Part shown: in pieces, positions 7,272 through 19,151 of the stretch
Layout: every line of letters begins with the position of its first letter
Numbering within the stretch: the first letter of the stretch is position 1
Sequence record: OR062527
DNA length: 64,000 nucleotides
From: Escherichia phage vB_EcoM_11B_SA_NWU
Direction: 5' to 3' (one strand)
Translations under genes and position numbers: made by a program
The notes under the pieces: generated by a model
The model's input: the letters and a program-made list of their open reading frames with translations, nothing else
The model's database searches: none
What the model was told of the DNA's origin: nothing

Positions 7272-7449
7272 CTTTAGAAATTTTATCCATAACGATAGCG
7301 ATTAAACCAATTAAAAATGCTACTACAAGTGAAAAAACATTTTCTGCTGTAGTTAATAATCCGCATATAAATCCAACAAACATTGAAAAACTAAAAGCGG
7401 AAGCAGAAATTGCAATAGCAACATTTCGAATTAATTCACAGCGTTTCAT
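7264..7449 (-). CDS. small hydrophobic membrane protein 61 aa
   Basis: two hydrophobic helices; SD GAGGAGAA; early promoter GTTTAC-18-TACTAT upstream. Confidence 0.5.
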   Translation of the reverse strand: MKRCELIRNVAIAISASAFSFSMFVGFICGLLTTAENVFSLVVAFLIGLIAIVMDKISKGE

Positions 7450-7477
7450 TTTATTCTCCTCAGTAGTTGATAGGGTA

Positions 7478-7507
7478 ATAGTATCACAACTAAAACCCTA
7501 TGTAAAC
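7478..7507 (-). promoter_or_regulatory. early promoter GTTTAC-18-TACTAT with stem-loop TAGGGT/ACCCTA
   Basis: sigma70-like hexamers; conserved flanks. Confidence 0.55.
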
Positions 7508-7519
7508 AACTTTGTGAAA

Positions 7520-8216
<697 letters not shown>

Positions 8217-8217
<1 letters not shown>

Positions 8218-8930
8218 TATAGTACCTTTAGTGTATTTTTAATTTTAGAAAAAAGTTCTTCAAGAGAACCATCGTTTGTAATTACTAAATCACCATCACG
8301 AATTGGCAATCCAGCTTCTGTAATATGTGTATCATTGGATTTTTGACCAGGACGAACTACATGAATTACTGTAGCACCCATCGCCCTAGCCGCATCCATT
8401 TCATGATCTTGACGAGTATCAGGAACGATATAATAATCATAACCTGAGTTAAATTTATCAAGATAATCTAAAGCAAATAATTTTACCCAATACATGCGGT
8501 CGAAGTTATTAACAATCAAATCCGTACCTAGGGCTTGCATCAGACGACGGACTGACCATTGATCTTCAATATTATTTATAACGTCAATAATCTTGTTAAA
8601 TGCTACGGAATTAACTGCGTCATCAAAAACAAACACACCTTTAATTGGGCTTTTACTATTAAGATAGCAAAATGCTTGTTCCATAATCGTGATTACTTCT
8701 AATTTAGTCAGATTTAAATTAGTCTCACGATCATAGTCAATTCCTTCAAACTCTTTACGAGTTAAGCAAGGATAGTCAGTGTTTGCTGCAAATACGCCCC
8801 ATGCATAAGCCAATGCATCCTTAATAGGACCAGCAAGTTGGTATTTAACTGCAGAATAATTGCTCATGATAAAATCAGCAGTAGTATCTTTTCCACTACG
8901 CTTTACACCGCTTAAAAAGATTAGTTTCAT
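8217..8930 (-). CDS. 1: deoxynucleoside monophosphate kinase (gp1); ORF-track start 8969 trimmed to ATG with SD GAGGAGAA
   Basis: P-loop GVKRSGKDT; N-terminus MKLIFLSG... as T4 gp1. Confidence 0.85.
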
Positions 8931-8979
8931 GTGTTTCTCCTCAAATTTAATTAAGATTATAACACACAAAACTGAAGCA

Positions 8980-9510
8980 TTAAACTTCTGCTATAATTTT
9001 TCCATCTTTTTCTACTTGAAAATAGGTGTAAGGAATCGTTGCAGTACATACTAAGGCCGGGTCTGAATCTTCTGTGTAGCTAAATTCTACTTCAGATAGG
9101 TCAGAAACCCAAGGCTTATAAAAATTTATTGACATCACGATTTCAGTTTTACTATTATCTAAAATGTAAAGCGTAATGTACTCAGGACCTGTTTTTTGGG
9201 CAGTATTTTCACCTGTAAGATAGTTACTAGTTCCTAGCATCCATTCATACATTCCTATCCACGACTTAAGTTCTTCATCAACTATAAATCTCACGATGAG
9301 TGGATCGTACTCAAATGTAACTCCTGGACGTTGTGCTCGGCCCAGTCCAAATGGCCCAGTCACGGTATCAGTAACAGGTATTCTAATTCCTGGAATAGGA
9401 ACTGACTGGGCATTTAAAGTAAAAGCAGATGTAGTATTACTATGTGGTATTGATACTACAAAGTTAGTTGTATTTGCTTGGTTAAAAATTTGTTGCAGAG
9501 CTTGCGACAT
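8980..9510 (-). CDS. 3: tail completion/sheath stabilizer gp3 (176 aa; start trimmed from 9591)
   Basis: SD GAGGAA before ATG for MSQALQQ; length and synteny. Confidence 0.75.
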   Translation of the reverse strand: MSQALQQIFNQANTTNFVVSIPHSNTTSAFTLNAQSVPIPGIRIPVTDTVTGPFGLGRAQRPGVTFEYDPLIVRFIVDEELKSWIGMYEWMLGTSNYLTGENTAQKTGPEYITLYILDNSKTEIVMSINFYKPWVSDLSEVEFSYTEDSDPALVCTATIPYTYFQVEKDGKIIAEV

Positions 9511-9616
9511 ATATTCCTCATAATGCTTTATAACTGTTGGTGGTATAATGGGTCTAAGTCCCTTCCATTCAATTCCATTTAGAACAAACAACAGAAAAGA
9601 ATGGAAGATAATAGAA

Positions 9617-10441
9617 TTAGATATTTGACCAGACTTTGTTTGCAGAGAAACGTTTTCCTTTTGAAACGAACTGCTGAAGTGGCATCAACACAACGTTCGC
9701 CCAATCTTTCGGGGCGATTTCAACAAGGCTACCCATAATATTACCGGGTATATATGCCTTAATCATTTGGTCTGCACCCCTAAATCCTTTCACTTGACTC
9801 CAATCAATTTTTAATTTCGTTTTATTAGTAATAGTAGGTGTATTTGCATATTGCTTTAAAAGCTCTTCTAGAAATTGCTGACGAGCTTTAGGTGGAATAT
9901 AGTGCAAGTTTAATCCGTACATTAAATTATGCTTACCTAAACCAAGGTAAATTATCAAAGGAAATTTATCCCAGTAAGGAAGAGTTTCCTTGTGTTTAGC
10001 ATCATAAGCAAAAGCATATATTCGTCCCGGCTGCGGGCGAACAACTTTATGTCCTTTTACTTGCTTAATAGTTTCAGCAAACCATTTTCTGGTTTTATTA
10101 TTAATTGCTGCACCTTCATTACGAATTTTATCGCGCAATGTTTGTCTGAATGAATTTATCATAAGCAGTTGTCTTTCTTGCTTATTGAGCTTATTCATTG
10201 GTTTTGATTCAAGCTTTTGAATCTTTTCAGCTGTTTTAATTCCTGAAGCATATTTTGACATTGCCGAAGTAAACGTAGAGTATTTGATTCCTCTTTCTTC
10301 AGCAAATTGTTTTCCTGTCATTCCTTTTGCTTTGGCCTTTTTATATTCAAGACCTATTTGAATCCATTTCTTTTCGTTTAATGATTGCTTAACCTTTGGA
10401 ACTTGGGGAGTGCTTTCATTAATTATTTGAAAAATAGCCAT
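9617..10441 (-). CDS. 2: DNA end protector gp2
   Basis: 274 aa, synteny between gp3 and gp4. Confidence 0.75.
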
Positions 10442-10893
10442 TATGCCCCCTTAAAGCCAAGAGCTCGTAATCCATCTTCTGTTAGAATTCTAAATTTTAT
10501 TCCACGCTTTTCAGCTAAAGATTGTGCTGCTTTCCATTTGTCAGTGTTCACAGACCAGGTATAAATTTCATTCATAAATCTTTTCTTCGCTGCGGTTGTT
10601 AGATGTGCTGGTTTAACTGGTGGTTGTGTTTCTTTTTTAGGTTTTATTTCAATAAAAAATTCTTGTCCAGAAGAATCTTTCATCCAAATATCCATGAAGT
10701 ATCTACGTTTTTTCCCTTCTGCATTACAAAAATAAGGAATTACTGCTGTTTCACTACCCCATGCAATAATTTCTGGATTTTTATCTAACCATTCAAAAAA
10801 GAATTTTTCCCAATTTGATCTATACGTAATTTTTTTAGGGTCACCTCTATATTTTGATATATTTTTAGGAACCCATTTTCCAGAATATGCCAT
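10441..10893 (-). CDS. 4: head completion protein gp4
   Basis: 150 aa; late promoter TATAAATA on minus strand upstream. Confidence 0.7.
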
Positions 10894-10904
10894 TGGATTC
10901 TCCT

Positions 10905-10912
10905 TATAAATA
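10905..10912 (+). promoter_or_regulatory. late promoter TATAAATA (gp53)
   Basis: exact T4 late consensus 29 nt upstream of ATG. Confidence 0.6.
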
Positions 10913-10919
10913 GATAATA

Positions 10920-10927
10920 TATTTATA
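10920..10927 (-). promoter_or_regulatory. late promoter TATAAATA (gp4), divergent from gp53 promoter
   Basis: exact consensus on minus strand 27 nt upstream of ATG. Confidence 0.55.
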
Positions 10928-10940
10928 AACAGGAGGGCCC

Positions 10941-11531
10941 ATGCTCTTTACATTTTTTGATCCGATTGAATATGCGGCCAAAACGGTGAATAAAAACGCG
11001 CCGACTATTCCTATGACAGATATTTTTAGAAACTATAAAGACTATTTTAAACGCGCTCTTGCGGGATACCGCTTACGTACTTATTATATTAAAGGTTCAC
11101 CACGCCCGGAAGAATTAGCAAATACTATATATGGAAATCCGCAGTTGTATTGGGTTTTATTGATGTGTAATGATAATTATGACCCGTACTATGGATGGAT
11201 TACTTCGCAAGAAGCTGCTTATCAAGCATCTATACAAAAATACAAAAACGTAGGTGGAGACCAAATAGTATATCATATGAATGAGAACGGTGAAAAATTT
11301 TATAATTTAATATCATACGATGATAATCCATATGTTTGGTATGACAAAGGCGATAAAGCTAGAAAATATCCTCAATATGAAGGAGCGCTTGCTGCGGTCG
11401 ATACGTATGAAGCTGCTGTTCTTGAAAATGAAAAACTTCGTCAAATAAAAATAATAGCAAAATCAGACATCAATTCATTTATGAACGACCTTATACGTAT
11501 AATGGAGAAATCTTATGGAAATGATAAGTAA
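10941..11531 (+). CDS. 53: baseplate wedge protein gp53
   Basis: 196 aa; SD AGGAGGG; late promoter; precedes gp5. Confidence 0.75.
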   Translation: MLFTFFDPIEYAAKTVNKNAPTIPMTDIFRNYKDYFKRALAGYRLRTYYIKGSPRPEELANTIYGNPQLYWVLLMCNDNYDPYYGWITSQEAAYQASIQKYKNVGGDQIVYHMNENGEKFYNLISYDDNPYVWYDKGDKARKYPQYEGALAAVDTYEAAVLENEKLRQIKIIAKSDINSFMNDLIRIMEKSYGNDK

Positions 11532-13242
11532 TAACCTTAATTGGTTTGTTGGTGTTGTTGAAGATAGAATGGACCCATTAAAATTAGGTCGTGTTCGTGT
11601 TCGTGTGGTTGGTCTGCATCCACCCCAAAGAGCGCAAGGCGATGTAATGGGTATTCCAACCGATAAATTACCATGGATGTCAGTTATTCAACCTATAACT
11701 TCTGCAGCAATGTCTGGAATTGGAGGTTCTGTTACAGGGCCAGTAGAAGGAACTAGAGTTTATGGTCATTTTTTAGACAAATGGAAAACTAACGGAATTG
11801 TCCTTGGCACGTATGGTGGGATAGTTCACGAAAAACCTAATAGACTTGAAGGATTTTCTGACCCAACTGGGCAGTATCCTAGACGTTTAGGAAATGATAC
11901 TAACGTATTAAACCAAGGCGGAGAAGTAGGATATGATTCGTCTTCTAATATTATCCAAGATAGCAATCTAGACACTGCGATAAATCCTGATGATAGACCG
12001 CTATCAGAGATTCCAACCGATGATAATCCAAATATGTCAATGGCTGAAATGCTTCGCCGTGATGAAGGATTAAGACTAAAAGTTTATTGGGATACCGAAG
12101 GATATCCGACAATTGGTATTGGTCATCTTATCATGAAGCAGCCAGTTCGTGATATGACCCAAATTAATAAAGTTTTATCAAAACAAGTTGGTCGTGAAAT
12201 TACAGGAAATCCAGGTTCTATTACAATGGAAGAGGCGACGACTTTATTTGAGCGTGATTTGGCTGATATGCAACGTGACATTAAATCACATTCTAAAGTA
12301 GGACCAGTCTGGCAAGCTGTCAACCGTTCTCGCCAAATGGCATTAGAAAATATGGCATTTCAGATGGGTGTTGGCGGTGTAGCTAAATTTAACACAATGT
12401 TAACTGCTATGTTAGCAGGAGATTGGGAAAAAGCATATAAAGCCGGTCGTGATTCATTGTGGTATCAACAAACAAAAGGCCGTGCATCCCGTGTTACCAT
12501 GATTATTCTTACGGGGAATTTGGAATCATATGGTGTTGAAGTGAAAACTCCAGCTAGGTCTTTGTCGGCAATGGCTGCTACTGTGGCGAAGTCTTCTGAT
12601 CCAGCTGACCCTCCTATTCCAAATGACTCAAGAATTTTATTCAAAGAACCAGTTTCTTCATATAAAGGCGAATATCCTTATGTGCATACAATGGAAACTG
12701 AAAGTGGACATATTCAGGAATTTGATGATACCCCTGGGCAAGAACGATATAGATTAGTTCATCCAACTGGAACTTATGAAGAAGTATCACCGTCAGGGAG
12801 AAGAACAAGAAAAACAGTTGATAATTTATATGATATAACAAACGCCGACGGTAATTTTTTGGTTGCTGGAGATAAAAAGACCAATGTTGGCGGATCTGAA
12901 ATTTATTACAACATGGATAATCGTCTTCACCAAATAGATGGAAGCAATACGATATTTGTTCGAGGCGATGAAACTAAGACGGTTGAAGGTAATGGAACTA
13001 TCCTAGTCAAAGGTAATGTTACTATTGTAGTTGAAGGTAATGCTGACATTACAGTTAAAGGAGATGCTACCACTTTAGTTGAAGGTAATCAAACTAATAC
13101 AGTAAATGGAAATCTTTCTTGGAAAGTTGCTGGGACAGTTGATTGGGACGTTGGTGGTGATTGGACAGAAAAAATGGCATCTATGAGTTCTATTTCATCT
13201 GGTCAATACACAATTGATGGATCGAGGATTGACATTGGCTAA
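11515..13242 (+). CDS. 5: baseplate hub/cell-puncturing protein gp5 with lysozyme domain
   Basis: lysozyme motif EMLRRDEGLRLKVYWDTEGYPTIGIGHL; C-terminal VxGxxxxx beta-helix repeats. Confidence 0.95.
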   Translation: MEMISNNLNWFVGVVEDRMDPLKLGRVRVRVVGLHPPQRAQGDVMGIPTDKLPWMSVIQPITSAAMSGIGGSVTGPVEGTRVYGHFLDKWKTNGIVLGTYGGIVHEKPNRLEGFSDPTGQYPRRLGNDTNVLNQGGEVGYDSSSNIIQDSNLDTAINPDDRPLSEIPTDDNPNMSMAEMLRRDEGLRLKVYWDTEGYPTIGIGHLIMKQPVRDMTQINKVLSKQVGREITGNPGSITMEEATTLFERDLADMQRDIKSHSKVGPVWQAVNRSRQMALENMAFQMGVGGVAKFNTMLTAMLAGDWEKAYKAGRDSLWYQQTKGRASRVTMIILTGNLESYGVEVKTPARSLSAMAATVAKSSDPADPPIPNDSRILFKEPVSSYKGEYPYVHTMETESGHIQEFDDTPGQERYRLVHPTGTYEEVSPSGRRTRKTVDNLYDITNADGNFLVAGDKKTNVGGSEIYYNMDNRLHQIDGSNTIFVRGDETKTVEGNGTILVKGNVTIVVEGNADITVKGDATTLVEGNQTNTVNGNLSWKVAGTVDWDVGGDWTEKMASMSSISSGQYTIDGSRIDIG

Positions 13243-13252
13243 TATACTTCCA

Positions 13253-13771
13253 ATGAGCGCTGATTTAGGAGAATCCATGGAAGGTTCTTCTATCGACGTC
13301 ACCTTTACCGCTCAATTAGAAACAGGTGAAACGTTAGTATCTATAAATATAACTAGTTACGAAGAAACTCCTGGGGTTTTAGTAGAAGAAAATCGCTTAT
13401 ACGGAACATATGAATCTGTGTTTGGATTTGGAAATGACGCGTTGAAATATCGTTTAGGTGATGAATTTAAAACTGCTGCTTCATGGGAAGAACTTCCTAC
13501 TGATTCTGACACTCAGTTGTATTTGTGGAAAGCTCCTCAGAATCTCCAGAAGAAATTCACTTACGAAGTAACATTAATATATGACTACCAAGAACAAAGT
13601 GAATCTGGAGGTTCTGGCAGTAATTCTAGGTCATCTTCTGATACTACTGAACCAACAGATCCTCCTGCTCCAGTAAGAAAAACTCTCGTTAAAAATTATA
13701 CTAAAACTATAGTTGGAAATTGGAGTCGTTGGGCTAATAAATTAAGAAGCTATGTGTATGAGAGGTCATAG
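13253..13771 (+). CDS. 5.1: gp5.1-like hypothetical protein (start uncertain, 13214-13253)
   Basis: ORF between gp5 and gp5.4. Confidence 0.5.
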
Positions 13772-14065
13772 ATGTCAGGATTAAGTTATGATAAATGCGT
13801 TACTGCTGGTCATGAAGCATGGCCTCCAACAGTTGTGAATGCTACACAAAGTAAAGTATTCACTGGAGGAATTGCTGTTCTCGTAGCAGGTGATCCAATT
13901 ACAGAACATACAGAAATTAAAAAGCCATATGAAACACATGGCGGAGTGACACAACCTAGAACTTCTAAGGTATATGTCACAGGAAAGAAAGCTGTTCAAA
14001 TGGCTGATCCAATATCATGCGGTGATACTGTGGCTCAGGCATCATCTAAAGTATTCATTAAATAG
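13772..14065 (+). CDS. 5.4: PAAR-repeat spike tip protein gp5.4
   Basis: 97 aa, position after gp5. Confidence 0.7.
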
Positions 14066-14073
14066 GATTTAAA

Positions 14074-16056
14074 ATGGCAAATACCCCTGTAAATTATCAA
14101 TTAACAAGAACAGCAAATGCTATTCCCGAGATATTCGTCGGGGGTACGTTTGCTGAAATAAAACAAAACCTCATTGAATGGCTTAATGGCCAAAATGAAT
14201 TTTTGGATTATGATTTTGAAGGCTCAAGATTAAACGTTCTGTGCGACCTTTTAGCTTATAATACATTGTACATTCAGCAGTTTGGTAATGCTGCTGTGTA
14301 TGAAAGCTTTATGCGTACTGCTAACTTACGAAGTTCAGTTGTTCAGGCTGCACAAGATAATGGATATTTACCTACTTCAAAATCCGCTGCACAGACCGAA
14401 ATTATGTTAACATGCACCGACGCATTGAATAGGAATTACATTACTATTCCTCGCGGAACTCGCTTTTTAGCATATGCAAAAGATACTTCTGTTAATCCAT
14501 ATAACTTCGTTTCTACCGAAGACGTTATTGCTATTCGTGATAAAAATAACCAATATTTTCCACGTTTAAAATTAGCCCAAGGACGTATAGTAAGAACTGA
14601 AATCATTTATGATAAATTAACACCTATTATCATTTATGACAAAAACATAGATAGAAACCAAGTTAAACTATACGTTGATGGAGCAGAATGGATTAACTGG
14701 ACAAGAAAGTCAATGGTTCATGCTGGTTCTACATCAACAATTTACTACATGCGTGAAACTATTGATGGAAACACTGAATTCTATTTTGGCGAAGGTGAAA
14801 TTTCTGTTAATGCGGCAGAAGGAGCTCTAACTGCTAACTATATTGGAGGTCTTAAGCCTACCCAGAACTCTACTATTGTTATTGAGTACATCAGTACTAA
14901 CGGTGCAGATGCGAATGGTGCAGTCGGATTTTCATACGCAGATACATTAACAAATATAACTGTCATCAATATTAACGAAAATCCAAATGATGACCCAGAT
15001 TTTGTTGGGGCAGATGGCGGTGGCGATCCAGAAGATATTGAGCGTATTCGCGAATTGGGTACTATTAAACGCGAAACCCAGCAACGCTGCGTAACTGCGA
15101 CCGACTATGATACATTCGTTTCAGAGAGATTTGGTTCTATTATTCAAGCTGTGCAGACTTTCACTGATTCTACTAAACCTGGGTATGCATTTATTGCTGC
15201 TAAACCTAAATCAGGACTATATTTAACTACTGTGCAACGTGAAGATATTAAAAATTATCTCAAAGACTATAATTTAGCGCCTATTACACCGTCAATTATT
15301 TCTCCTAATTATCTTTTTATTAAGACTAATTTAAAAGTCACATATGCTTTAAATAAACTACAAGAATCCGAACAGTGGCTTGAAGGTCAAATAATTGATA
15401 AAATTGATCGCTATTATACCGAAGATGTAGAAATTTTTAACTCATCTTTTGCCAAGTCTAAGATGTTAACTTACGTAGATGATGCAGATCATTCTATCAT
15501 TGGTTCATCAGCGACTATTCAAATTGTTCGTGAAGTACAAAACTTCTATAAAACGCCTGAAGCAGGTATTAAATACAATAATCAAATAAAAGATCGTTCT
15601 ATGGAATCTAATACGTTTTCATTTAATTCTGGACGAAAGGTTGTAAATCCTGATACCGGTTTAGAAGAAGATGTATTATATGACGTTCGTATAGTATCAA
15701 CAGACCGAGATTCTAAAGGAATTGGTAAAGTTATTATTGGTCCATTTGCTTCTGGCGATGTTACAGAAAATGAAAACATTCAGCCGTATACAGGCAACGA
15801 TTTTAACAAATTAGCAAATTCTGATGGACGCGACAAATACTATGTTATCGGTGAAATAAATTATCCAGCTGACATGATTTATTGGAATATCGCTAAAATT
15901 AATTTAACATCTGAAAAATTTGAAGTTCAGACTATTGAATTATATTCTGACCCAACCGATGATGTTATCTTTACTCGCGATGGTTCACTGATTGTATTTG
16001 AAAATGACTTACGTCCACAATACTTAACTATCGATTTGGAGCCTATATCACAATGA
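14074..16056 (+). CDS. 6: baseplate wedge protein gp6
   Basis: 660 aa, synteny. Confidence 0.8.
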   Translation: MANTPVNYQLTRTANAIPEIFVGGTFAEIKQNLIEWLNGQNEFLDYDFEGSRLNVLCDLLAYNTLYIQQFGNAAVYESFMRTANLRSSVVQAAQDNGYLPTSKSAAQTEIMLTCTDALNRNYITIPRGTRFLAYAKDTSVNPYNFVSTEDVIAIRDKNNQYFPRLKLAQGRIVRTEIIYDKLTPIIIYDKNIDRNQVKLYVDGAEWINWTRKSMVHAGSTSTIYYMRETIDGNTEFYFGEGEISVNAAEGALTANYIGGLKPTQNSTIVIEYISTNGADANGAVGFSYADTLTNITVININENPNDDPDFVGADGGGDPEDIERIRELGTIKRETQQRCVTATDYDTFVSERFGSIIQAVQTFTDSTKPGYAFIAAKPKSGLYLTTVQREDIKNYLKDYNLAPITPSIISPNYLFIKTNLKVTYALNKLQESEQWLEGQIIDKIDRYYTEDVEIFNSSFAKSKMLTYVDDADHSIIGSSATIQIVREVQNFYKTPEAGIKYNNQIKDRSMESNTFSFNSGRKVVNPDTGLEEDVLYDVRIVSTDRDSKGIGKVIIGPFASGDVTENENIQPYTGNDFNKLANSDGRDKYYVIGEINYPADMIYWNIAKINLTSEKFEVQTIELYSDPTDDVIFTRDGSLIVFENDLRPQYLTIDLEPISQ

Positions 16057-19000
16057 CAGTAAAAGCACCTTCAGTCACTAGTCTCAGAATTTCCAAGTTA
16101 TCCGCTAATCAGGTGCAAGTACGCTGGGATGACGTTGGTGCTAATTTCTACTATTTTGTAGAAATCGCTGAGACAAAATCAAACTCGGGAAAAAATCTCC
16201 CGAGTAATCAATATCGTTGGATTAATTTAGGATATACAGCAAATAATAGTTTCTTTTTTGATGATGCTGATCCATTGACATCATATGTTATTAGAGTAGC
16301 TACAGCTGCGCAAGATTTTGAGCAGTCTGATTGGATTTATACCGAAGAGTTTGAAACTTTTGCTACAAATGCTTATACATTTCAAAACATGATTGAAATG
16401 CAATTAGCCAATAAATTCATTCAGGAAAAATTTACTCTTAATAATTCTGATTATGTTAATTTCAATAATGACACAATAATGGCTGCGTTGATGAATGAAT
16501 CATTTCAGTTCAGCCCATCGTATGCTGATGTCTCATCAATCAGTAATTTTATTATTGGTGAAAACGAGTATCATGAAATACAAGGTTCTATCCAGCAAGT
16601 ATGTAAGGATATTAACCGAGTTTATTTGATGGAATCAGAAGGGATTCTATATCTTTTTGAGCGTTATCAACCCGTAGTTAAAGTATCAAATGATAAAGGA
16701 CAAACTTGGAAAGCTGTAAAGCTCTTCAATGACCGCGTAGGATATCCTTTATCTAAGACTGTATATTACCAATCTGCAAACACAACATACGTTCTAGGAT
16801 ACGATAAGATTTTCTATGGCCGTAAATCGACTGACGTTAGATGGTCAGCAGATGATGTCAGATTCAGTTCACAGGATATAACATTTGCTAAATTAGGAGA
16901 CCAACTTCATTTGGGATTCGATGTTGAAATCTTCGCTACTTATGCGACTTTACCAGCGAATGTATATCGTATAGCTGAAGCCATTACTTGTACGGATGAT
17001 TATATCTATGTTGTTGCCAGAGATAAAGTTAGATATATAAAAACGAGTAATGCACCTATAGATTCTGACCCGTTATCACCAACATACTCGGAAAGACTTT
17101 TTGAACCTGATACAATGACTATAACTGGAAATCCTAAAGCTGTATGCTATAAAATGGATTCTATTGGTGATAAAGTTTTTGCTCTTATTATTGGTGAAGT
17201 TGAAACATTAAATGCCAATCCGAGAACTTCAAAAATAATTGATTCCGCTGATAAAGGAATATATGTTTTGAATCAAGACACGAAAACATGGAAAAGAGTT
17301 TTCGGTAATACCGAAGAAGAAAGAAGACGTATTCAACCTGGATACGCAAACATGTCAACTGATGGTAAATTAGTTTCTCTGTCTTCGAGTAATTTTAAAT
17401 TTTTAAGTGATAACGTTGTTAATGACCATGAAACTGCTGTAAAATACCAGTTAATCGGTGCTGTCAAATATGAATTTCCTCGCGAATGGTTAGCTGATAA
17501 ACATTATCATATGATGGCGTTTATAGCGGATGAAAAATCTGATTGGGAGACTTTTACTCCTCAACCGATGAAATACTACGCAGAACCGTTCTTTAACTGG
17601 TCTAAAAAATCTAACACTCGTTGTTGGATAAACAACTCTGATAAAGCTGTTGTAGTTTATGCAGATTTGAAATACACCAAAGTTATTGAAAATATTCCAG
17701 AAACATCACCAGATAGATTAGTGCATGAATACTGGGATGATGGCGATTGCACTATAGTAATGCCAAATGTTAAATTCACCGGATTTAAAAAATACGCATC
17801 AGGAATGCTTTTTTATAAATCTTCTGGTGAAATAATTTCTTATTATGATTTTAACTATCGTGTGAGAGATACAGTAGAAATTATTTGGAAGCCGACTGAA
17901 GTATTTTTAAAAGCATTTTTACAAAACCAAGAGCGTGAAACTCCTTGGTCACCAGAAGAAGAACGTGGATTAGCTGACCCTGATTTAAGACCATTAATTG
18001 GCACAATGATGCCTGATTCTTATTTGTTACAAGATTCTAATTTTGAGGCATTTTGTGAAGCATATATTCAATATCTTTCTGACGGATATGGAACTCAGTA
18101 TAACAATTTACGAAATTTAATTCGTAACCAATATCCACGAGAAGAGCATGCGTGGGAATATTTATGGTCAGAAATATATAAAAGAAACATTTATTTAAAT
18201 GCTGACAAACGCGATGCTGTTGCAAGATTTTTTGAATCACGTAGCTATGATTTTTATTCTACTAAAGGAATTGAAGCATCATATAAATTTCTTTTTAAAG
18301 TTCTTTATAATGAAGAAGTTGAAATTGAAATTGAATCGGGAGCAGGTACTGAATATGATGTAATCATTCAATCTGATTCTCTTACAGAAGATTTAGTAGG
18401 ACAAACTATCTATACTGCAACTGGAAGATGTAATGTTACTTATATAGAAAGAAGCTATTCTAATGGTAAATTGCAATGGACCGTGACTATACATAATCTT
18501 TTGGGGCGGTTAATAGCAGGACAAGAAGTTAAAGCAGAAAGACTTCCGGGCTTTGAAGGCGAAATTATTCGTGGGGTTAAAGGAAAAGATTTGCTTCAAA
18601 ATAATATAGACTATATTAATAGAAGTAGATCATATTATGTAATGAAAATTAAATCCAATTTACCTTCTTCCCGCTGGAAATCTGACGTTATTCGTTTTGT
18701 TCACCCAGTAGGATTTGGATTTATAGCAATCACGCTTTTAACTATGTTTATTAATGTCGGTTTAACTCTTAAACACACAGAGACAATAATTAATAAATAT
18801 AAAAACTACAAATGGGATTCTGGATTACCTACTGAATACGCAGACCGTGTAGCTAAATTGACTCCTACCGGTGAAATTGAACATGATTCAGTAACGGGTG
18901 AAGCAATTTATGAACCTGGTCCAATGTCCGGTATAGAATATCCTCTTCCTGGTGACTATAATACCGAAAATAATAATTCAGTATTTCAAGGTCAATTGCC

Positions 19001-19151
19001 GTCTGAACGACGTAAATTAATGAGTCCTTTATTTGATGCATCTGGAACAACATTTGCACAATTTAGAGATTTAGTTAATAAACGTCTAAAAGATAATATA
19101 GGAAATCCAAGAGACCCTGAAAATCCAACACAGGTTAAAATAGATGAATGA
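16053..19151 (+). CDS. 7: baseplate wedge protein gp7
   Basis: 1032 aa, synteny. Confidence 0.8.
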   Translation: MTVKAPSVTSLRISKLSANQVQVRWDDVGANFYYFVEIAETKSNSGKNLPSNQYRWINLGYTANNSFFFDDADPLTSYVIRVATAAQDFEQSDWIYTEEFETFATNAYTFQNMIEMQLANKFIQEKFTLNNSDYVNFNNDTIMAALMNESFQFSPSYADVSSISNFIIGENEYHEIQGSIQQVCKDINRVYLMESEGILYLFERYQPVVKVSNDKGQTWKAVKLFNDRVGYPLSKTVYYQSANTTYVLGYDKIFYGRKSTDVRWSADDVRFSSQDITFAKLGDQLHLGFDVEIFATYATLPANVYRIAEAITCTDDYIYVVARDKVRYIKTSNAPIDSDPLSPTYSERLFEPDTMTITGNPKAVCYKMDSIGDKVFALIIGEVETLNANPRTSKIIDSADKGIYVLNQDTKTWKRVFGNTEEERRRIQPGYANMSTDGKLVSLSSSNFKFLSDNVVNDHETAVKYQLIGAVKYEFPREWLADKHYHMMAFIADEKSDWETFTPQPMKYYAEPFFNWSKKSNTRCWINNSDKAVVVYADLKYTKVIENIPETSPDRLVHEYWDDGDCTIVMPNVKFTGFKKYASGMLFYKSSGEIISYYDFNYRVRDTVEIIWKPTEVFLKAFLQNQERETPWSPEEERGLADPDLRPLIGTMMPDSYLLQDSNFEAFCEAYIQYLSDGYGTQYNNLRNLIRNQYPREEHAWEYLWSEIYKRNIYLNADKRDAVARFFESRSYDFYSTKGIEASYKFLFKVLYNEEVEIEIESGAGTEYDVIIQSDSLTEDLVGQTIYTATGRCNVTYIERSYSNGKLQWTVTIHNLLGRLIAGQEVKAERLPGFEGEIIRGVKGKDLLQNNIDYINRSRSYYVMKIKSNLPSSRWKSDVIRFVHPVGFGFIAITLLTMFINVGLTLKHTETIINKYKNYKWDSGLPTEYADRVAKLTPTGEIEHDSVTGEAIYEPGPMSGIEYPLPGDYNTENNNSVFQGQLPSERRKLMSPLFDASGTTFAQFRDLVNKRLKDNIGNPRDPENPTQVKIDE

